From Spirochaetia bacterium (lineage in GTDB: Bacteria > Spirochaetota > Spirochaetia > DSM-2461): DNA of 64,000 nt. Below are positions 59,401 through 64,000 of the stretch, piece by piece (within the stretch, counting starts at the first letter, position 1; each line of letters starts with the position of its first letter). The stretch lies in NCBI GenBank assembly GCA_963666985.2, contig CAXXIA010000002.1, positions 1,280,001 through 1,344,000 of the forward strand. The letters run 5' to 3'. The notes under the pieces are model-generated. The model was given only the letters and a program-made list of their open reading frames with translations, was not told the DNA's origin and searched no databases. Both the position numbers and the translations under genes were made by a program.

Positions 59401-60829
59401 ATGCATCCGTATCCCGGATGCTCACAGCCGCTCCGCTGGTTATTACGACTGTCGCAAAGTTATTGCTTGCATCATCCAGCGTAATAGCACCGGCTCCGGC
59501 CTGAAGCGTCGTTATCCCGCCGCTTGCCGTCACAACTCCACTCTGGGTTATGCTGTGAGTCGCTCCCAAACCGGTCACTACCGTCAATGTCCCGGTTACC
59601 GTACAAGTTCCTAATATAATCGCATTCATATCCCGGAATGAGGCATCATTCACGTTATCGATCGTGCCCAGATTTACCGTATCAAAATCACTATCCCCAT
59701 CAGAGTTCGAAAAATCCAAATCATTATTGTTCAGATTCACCGTCAGAGTTCCGGCGATGATCGGATTATCTCCGTCTCCAACATTTCCATCACCGCGAAG
59801 CGTCAAACTCCCACTCGTCTCCATTCCAGAGAGTCCCGCGCCAGCCTCAACAACATCAAAGCCATCAACATCCCGATAACTGATCGCTCCGGCAGCACTC
59901 GCTCCATCGGCCAGATTCCGGCTCCGAAGACTTACAGAAGCAAAGGCGTTCCCCGCATTCTCAAGCGTTATCGCTCCACCCGCATCGTTGTAGGTGGTCA
60001 CAATAAGCGTATCTCCGCTCAATATCCCGCTCTGACCCACACTGTCCCGGCTGCGCAACTCAAGAGTTCCGCTCACTGCTATCGCCGCCATCGTTATCGC
60101 AGGCGTGTTGTACAACGTCACATTCAGCAGCGATGTTCCGCTCGAATAATTAAAATCTATCGTTCCCTGTAAATCATTCCAGCCCGCATCCAGCGTTACG
60201 CTGTCACCCCCGGGGGCGGTAAAACTGCTCGTCGAGGTGACCGATAAAACTCCGCTCTGGGTGATATCACCTCCGGCTACCACCGTATAGGTATCACTCA
60301 CCGTCGAGGTGCCTAAAATCAACTCATTCGAATCCACGATGCTCACCGTCGCACCACTGGTTACAGCAACTGTCCCAAAATTATTGCCTGTATTCTCAAG
60401 AGTCACATTCGCAGCAACGGCTATAATCGTTGTCGTCTGACCATCGTTGCTGATCGCTCCAATCTGGGTGAGATTATCTCCAACCGTTCCTCCGGTCTGA
60501 AGCGTTAAATCTCCACTCACCGTCGAGGTCCCGATTTCCAGATCATCTGAATCCACGATGCTTACCGTCGCACCATTGGTTACAGCAACCGTTCCAAAGT
60601 CATTGCTCGCATTGGTCAGCGTCACATTCGCAGCACCGGCTATGATCGTTGTCGTCTGACCATCGTTACTGATCGCTCCAATCTGGGTGAGATTATCTCC
60701 AACCGTTCCTCCGGTCTGAAGCGTTAAAGCACCGCTAACCGATGAGGTGCCGATTTCCAGATCATCCGTATCACGGATGCTCACCGTCGCACCATTGGTT
60801 ACAGCAACCGTTCCAAAATCATTGCCTGC
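56059..60829. repeat. Intragenic tandem array: three 1566-bp (522-aa) units plus 72 bp, with nested 219-bp sub-repeats
   Basis: Anchor CAGATCATCCGTATCACGGATGC at 56059, 57626, 59192 and 60758; the translated units look identical. Confidence 0.97.
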
Positions 60830-62161
60830 GTCTGTTAGTGTTACATCCGCAGCACCGGCGATAATTTCCGTTGTATAGCCGTCGTTATAGATATCGCCGC
60901 TTTGAGTAATATTTCCACCGGCTTGTATCGTCAGGTTTCCTGAAACCGTCGAAACATCAAAGGCGATATCATCGGCGTCTCGAATGCTCGCGGCTCCGCT
61001 GCTGATTGCCACGGTATTAAAATCATTTGTTCCGTTGGTATTGGCGAAGTCAAGATCGTTACCGCCCAGTGTTACCGTCAATACATCGGCTATAACCGGA
61101 TTATCTCCGTCTCCCACATCACCGGCGGCCTGAAGCGTTAGATTGTTCGTAGTCGCTATTCCGGGCGCCACGATATCGAAATCATCATTATCGCGGTAGG
61201 CAATAACACCCGAAGAGTTTGCTCCATTCGCGTCGTTTCGGCTCCGTAAACTGACCGAAGCAAAGTCGTTCCCCGCGTTATTAAGCGTTATTGCCGCACC
61301 GGCATCGTTTAATGTGGTGACAAGGAGGGTATCTCCTTCTATATCCCCCGATTGGGTGATATTTCCGCCTGCTACGACCGTGAACGTCCCTGTTAGCGCC
61401 GAGGTTCCGAGAATTAGAGCATTCGTATCCTGTATGCTCGCCGAAGCTCCGTTTGTTACCGCCACAGTTCCAAAATCATTGGTTGCGGTATCCAGCGTTA
61501 TCGCAGCCGCCGCGGCATCAATCGTTGTGGTTCCGCCGCTTACGTCAAAAGCACCGGACTGGGTGATCGATGCGGCATCCGCCATTGTAATCGTCAAATC
61601 GTTATCAATATCAATGGCGGGTAACGTAAGGGTATTCGCATTGCCGGCATCGGCCTGGATAGTCAGATTATCTATGGTCGTACCGAAGGAACCGGTAAGA
61701 GAGAGAGAACCAGTCGCTCCGGCATCCAAAGTCAGGTCGAAGTCACCATCCACGGTTCCGGTAATGGTGAGAGTGCCGCTGGTCATGGTGATGACGGTAT
61801 CGGCTGCCAGGGTAACTGCCGGAAGAGTCAGATCAACATCGTTTGCGTTACAGCCTCCGCCGAGAGTAGCGGAAGCGGTTGCTGTCAGAGAACCCGCCCC
61901 GCCGTCAGCGAAAGTTGCCGCTGATGTATTGATAATTAAAGTATCAATTGTTTCGGCATTCGGAATGGTTATGGTACTGTCGTTATTGATAATAGCGGTA
62001 TCGCCGGCTCCGGGAATTCCGTTCGGCGTCCAGTCGGTTGCCGTTTCCCAATTGCCGTCGGTCCCCCCACCGGATCCGCCGGACCAAACATATTGGGCGA
62101 AAAGCCGCCCGGGAATGAGGATAAGGCCTATAATCAAGATGGAAAAAGCGACTTTTTTCAC
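56339..62161 (-). CDS. N-terminal part of a giant surface/adhesin protein (filamentous-haemagglutinin/DUF5649-like beta-helix repeats)
   Basis: GTG start with SD GGAG, signal peptide (RLFA-Q), W.G...W....W.P..IP cap motif, then ITQSG/NDFGTVAV repeats. Goes out of frame at the extra C at 56438-56440. Confidence 0.88.
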   Translation of the reverse strand: MKKVAFSILIIGLILIPGRLFAQYVWSGGSGGGTDGNWETATDWTPNGIPGAGDTAIINNDSTITIPNAETIDTLIINTSAATFADGGAGSLTATASATLGGGCNANDVDLTLPAVTLAADTVITMTSGTLTITGTVDGDFDLTLDAGATGSLSLTGSFGTTIDNLTIQADAGNANTLTLPAIDIDNDLTITMADAASITQSGAFDVSGGTTTIDAAAAAITLDTATNDFGTVAVTNGASASIQDTNALILGTSALTGTFTVVAGGNITQSGDIEGDTLLVTTLNDAGAAITLNNAGNDFASVSLRSRNDANGANSSGVIAYRDNDDFDIVAPGIATTNNLTLQAAGDVGDGDNPVIADVLTVTLGGNDLDFANTNGTNDFNTVAISSGAASIRDADDIAFDVSTVSGNLTIQAGGNITQSGDIYNDGYTTEIIAGAADVTLTDAGNDFGTVAVTNGATVSIRDTDDLEIGTSSVSGALTLQTGGTVGDNLTQIGAISNDGQTTTIIAGAANVTLTNASNDFGTVAVTNGATVSIVDSDDLEIGTSTVSGDLTLQTGGTVGDNLTQIGAISNDGQTTTIIAVAANVTLENTGNNFGTVAVTSGATVSIVDSNELILGTSTVSDTYTVVAGGDITQSGVLSVTSTSSFTAPGGDSVTLDAGWNDLQGTIDFNYSSGTSLLNVTLYNTPAITMAAIAVSGTLELRSRDSVGQSGILSGDTLIVTTYNDAGGAITLENAGNAFASVSLRSRNLADGASAAGAISYRDVDGFDVVEAGAGLSGMETSGSLTLRGDGNVGDGDNPIIAGTLTVNLNNNDLDFSNSDGDSDFDTVNLGTIDNVNDASFRDMNAIILGTCTVTGTLTVVTGLGATHSITQSGVVTASGGITTLQAGAGAITLDDASNNFATVVITSGAAVSIRDTDALIIGTSTVSGALTLQSGGNLTQSGAISNDGQTTTIIAGAANVTLTNAGNDFGTVAVTNGATVSIRDTDDLEIGTSSVSGALTLQTGGTVGDNLTQIGAISNDGQTTTIIAGAANVTLTNASNDFGTVAVTNGATVSIVDSDDLEIGTSTVSGDLTLQTGGTVGDNLTQIGAISNDGQTTTIIAVAANVTLENTGNNFGTVAVTSGATVSIVDSNELILGTSTVSDTYTVVAGGDITQSGVLSVTSTSSFTAPGGDSVTLDAGWNDLQGTIDFNYSSGTSLLNVTLYNTPAITMAAIAVSGTLELRSRDSVGQSGILSGDTLIVTTYNDAGGAITLENAGNAFASVSLRSRNLADGASAAGAISYRDVDGFDVVEAGAGLSGMETSGSLTLRGDGNVGDGDNPIIAGTLTVNLNNNDLDFSNSDGDSDFDTVNLGTIDNVNDASFRDMNAIILGTCTVTGTLTVVTGLGATHSITQSGVVTASGGITTLQAGAGAITLDDASNNFATVVITSGAAVSIRDTDALIIGTSTVSGALTLQSGGNLTQSGAISNDGQTTTIIAGAANVTLTNAGNDFGTVAVTNGATVSIRDTDDLEIGTSSVSGALTLQTGGTVGDNLTQIGAISNDGQTTTIIAGAANVTLTNASNDFGTVAVTNGATVSIVDSDDLEIGTSTVSGDLTLQTGGTVGDNLTQIGAISNDGQTTTIIAVAANVTLENTGNNFGTVAVTSGATVSIVDSNELILGTSTVSDTYTVVAGGDITQSGVLSVTSTSSFTAPGGDSVTLDAGWNDLQGTIDFNYSSGTSLLNVTLYNTPAITMAAIAVSGTLELRSRDSVGQSGILSGDTLIVTTYNDAGGAITLENAGNAFASVSLRSRNLADGASAAGAISYRDVDGFDVVEAGAGLSGMETSGSLTLRGDGNVGDGDNPIIAGTLTVNLNNNDLDFSNSDGDSDFDTVNLGTIDNVNDASFRDMNAIILGTCTVTGTLTVVTGFGSDSQHNPEWSCDGKRRDNDASGRSRCYYAG

Positions 62162-62413
62162 CCGTTACTCCAGAATTCCGTTTTGACTATCAGTATATCC
62201 CAATTGATGTGAAATTGAGTGAATCGGCGGAGAGGAAGAAAAAAGCGGTTTCATAAGCCGGGAAAGGGCCGTCTCCACCCGTTTTTTAGAAAATAACACT
62301 CTTTAATGCTAATCAATATACGCTTATGGTTTTTATAACCCGAAAAGGGTAGAATTTAACAAAAGAAGCATGACTCAAAGCCGATAATGACAAAGAGTGG
62401 TTGCGGTTGGAAA

Positions 62414-63082
62414 ATGATGGTAAGAATTTCCCGAACAGTAATCTTTCTCCTGATCGCCGCGGCTCTCATCTCGGCCGGATGTTTCGAGGCGGGAAATGGG
62501 CCCACGGTTCCCATCAGTATCGAAATCTACGGCTCTTCCGTTAATCCCGTCGATATCGCCTGGACCATCCATAACAAATCGGGAACCGTTTCCAATCTCA
62601 CTCTGGATTACACCTCTTCCGAACCCTATGTGATTCAAAGAGACGTTCCCGAAGATGAATTCGACACGGTGAGCATCGCCATCACCGACAGCGGCACCAC
62701 GGGGAATCTTCTTATAACCTCGGGAAACTGCACCGTTGCCCCTTCGGGCTCGGGTATAAAAACAATTACCGTGGATTTCAACACACAGAATCCGGTGGGC
62801 TCCTCGAATTACATTTTCGAAAAAGGTGATTTCATCAGAGATTTCTCATCGCAAGATTTCTACATTTCCAACGATCCGGTGGCGGACGGACTGGCGAACG
62901 GAGAAATCGTTATCTACGATGACGAAGATCAATACGCCGGCGTCGGCGCATGTTCCCTTTACGCCTCCAACCGCAGCGCCGTTACCGTAAACTTCATCAG
63001 AAACGGCAGCAGACTCGATTCCTGCACCGGCAGTACCATTACCGAGGCCGTGAATATGGCCTACGGTTCGGCGGCCTGGTAA
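62414..63082 (+). CDS. Hypothetical lipoprotein
   Basis: MMVRISRTVIFLLIAAALISAGC lipobox; beta-rich S/T/N/D sequence. The ORF extends to 62387. Confidence 0.7.
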   Translation: MMVRISRTVIFLLIAAALISAGCFEAGNGPTVPISIEIYGSSVNPVDIAWTIHNKSGTVSNLTLDYTSSEPYVIQRDVPEDEFDTVSIAITDSGTTGNLLITSGNCTVAPSGSGIKTITVDFNTQNPVGSSNYIFEKGDFIRDFSSQDFYISNDPVADGLANGEIVIYDDEDQYAGVGACSLYASNRSAVTVNFIRNGSRLDSCTGSTITEAVNMAYGSAAW

Positions 63083-63170
63083 CCAAGATTTTTTCGATTA
63101 AACCGTTATCGCGCTCCATGGCGATGATGCGGCAAAGTTCCGTCTGCCGAACGGTCTTTTTTTCAAACCA

Positions 63171-63199
63171 TTGTTCAAGCGCCGCCGGTGAAGTATCTT
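63171..63199 (+). promoter_or_regulatory. Sigma70 promoter TTGTTC-17-TATCTT, 7 nt before ATG 63207
   Basis: Read from sequence. Confidence 0.5.
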
Positions 63200-63206
63200 G
63201 TTTTCC

Positions 63207-64000
63207 ATGTTCATGAAAGATCGCCTTCATCGGGCTCGCCGACAAAATCCGGTACGGATCGCCCTGCTCACCGCCCTCGTTCTCGCTTCCATAACCCTGC
63301 CGATCACGGCCGAGGAAGGGGCGTCGTCGTCCGGTTCAACCGACGGACAAAAAGCATCTCGGCCGCTTCCGAAGCTGAAAGACGTAGTGCCCTTCATTAC
63401 GCCCGAAGACATCGCGGCTCTGGCCTCCGACGGCCGGGTTCTTCGATTCCAAGAGAATGGCGTTTCGCCCGTTCTGCTCCCGGAAACCCCGCTTACCTCC
63501 GAGGTAATCCGTCAAATTGTTCACGGCGAATTGAATATCGGTATCGAAGGACTTTTCTTCAGCCCCGCGGAAAGCATGCCGGCCGGATATAAAACCATGA
63601 ACCGGACTGAAAAGGATCTTATTCTCTACAACATCCTCCGTTCGGTAAGCACTCTCCAGGGTCTTGAATATTTCTCGGCGTCCCGCGGCGAAATGCGCCT
63701 TCTGTTCGAAGAATCCTGGGCCGTCTCCGATGCCGATTCGGAAACACCTCTGCCCGATCCTCTTGTAAAAACCATTCCGGCCGAGGATGTGTTCCTTGTC
63801 CATCAGAAGGACAAAAGCTTCGGCACGAACACACAGGAAATGACGTTCCGATTCCAAAGCGGCGTCTTTATTCTTTCCACCGTCAATCTCACTCCAATGC
63901 GCTATAAGGGCCTTATCAAAGTTGTTGACCCCGGCAATATGCAGAGTCACTTAATCGTCGTTCCCGTTGAGGAAGGTCTGCTGATTTACGGCACGATGTC
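63207..64000 (+). CDS. Exported DUF6675-like spirochaete protein (partial, runs off the right edge; not in the ORF track)
   Basis: Manual translation: signal peptide, then LYNILRSVSTLQGLEYFSASRGEMRLLFEES, PLPDP, QKDKSFG and LLIYG; open to the window end. Confidence 0.75.
   Translation, partial: MFMKDRLHRARRQNPVRIALLTALVLASITLPITAEEGASSSGSTDGQKASRPLPKLKDVVPFITPEDIAALASDGRVLRFQENGVSPVLLPETPLTSEVIRQIVHGELNIGIEGLFFSPAESMPAGYKTMNRTEKDLILYNILRSVSTLQGLEYFSASRGEMRLLFEESWAVSDADSETPLPDPLVKTIPAEDVFLVHQKDKSFGTNTQEMTFRFQSGVFILSTVNLTPMRYKGLIKVVDPGNMQSHLIVVPVEEGLLIYGTM

Noticed and set aside
56059..60829. Diversity-generating retroelement or IS-mediated duplication
   Set aside because: No reverse transcriptase or transposase, and the copies show no adenine-specific variation.
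63336..63950. 204-aa minus-strand ORF
   Set aside because: Shadow of the plus-strand DUF6675-like gene that runs off the window.

Overview
A GC-rich, gene-dense chromosomal segment, most likely from a free-living spirochaete. This is inferred from the ftsK-uppP-lytic transglycosylase-TPR gene block, an SthK-like CNG channel, a DUF6675-like gene and a FlgD-Ig-tailed giant surface protein. The left third holds a nfeD-floA locus, a phosphate-related cluster (Na/Pi transporter, phosphate acyltransferase, a degenerate Na/Pi paralogue and an atypical Fic-fold protein) and an AT-richer sugar ABC transporter with a two-component system. The middle holds a YtrA/GntR-controlled slipin-LolCDE-like-LolA-like-beta-barrel operon, a cyclic-nucleotide-gated K+ channel with an FN3 tail, housekeeping genes (ftsK, uppP, rsmG, mnmE, pepT, trmH), tRNA-Arg(CCT) and tRNA-Asp(GTC). 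The right end holds a ~10.6 kb adhesin-like gene with three near-identical 1566-bp tandem repeats and a single-base frameshift in one copy. Many genes appear to have sigma70 promoters 6-7 nt before the start codon, suggesting leaderless mRNAs. No transposase, integrase, phage genes, rRNA or CRISPR array were seen. All family calls come from motif recognition by eye, not from database searches.
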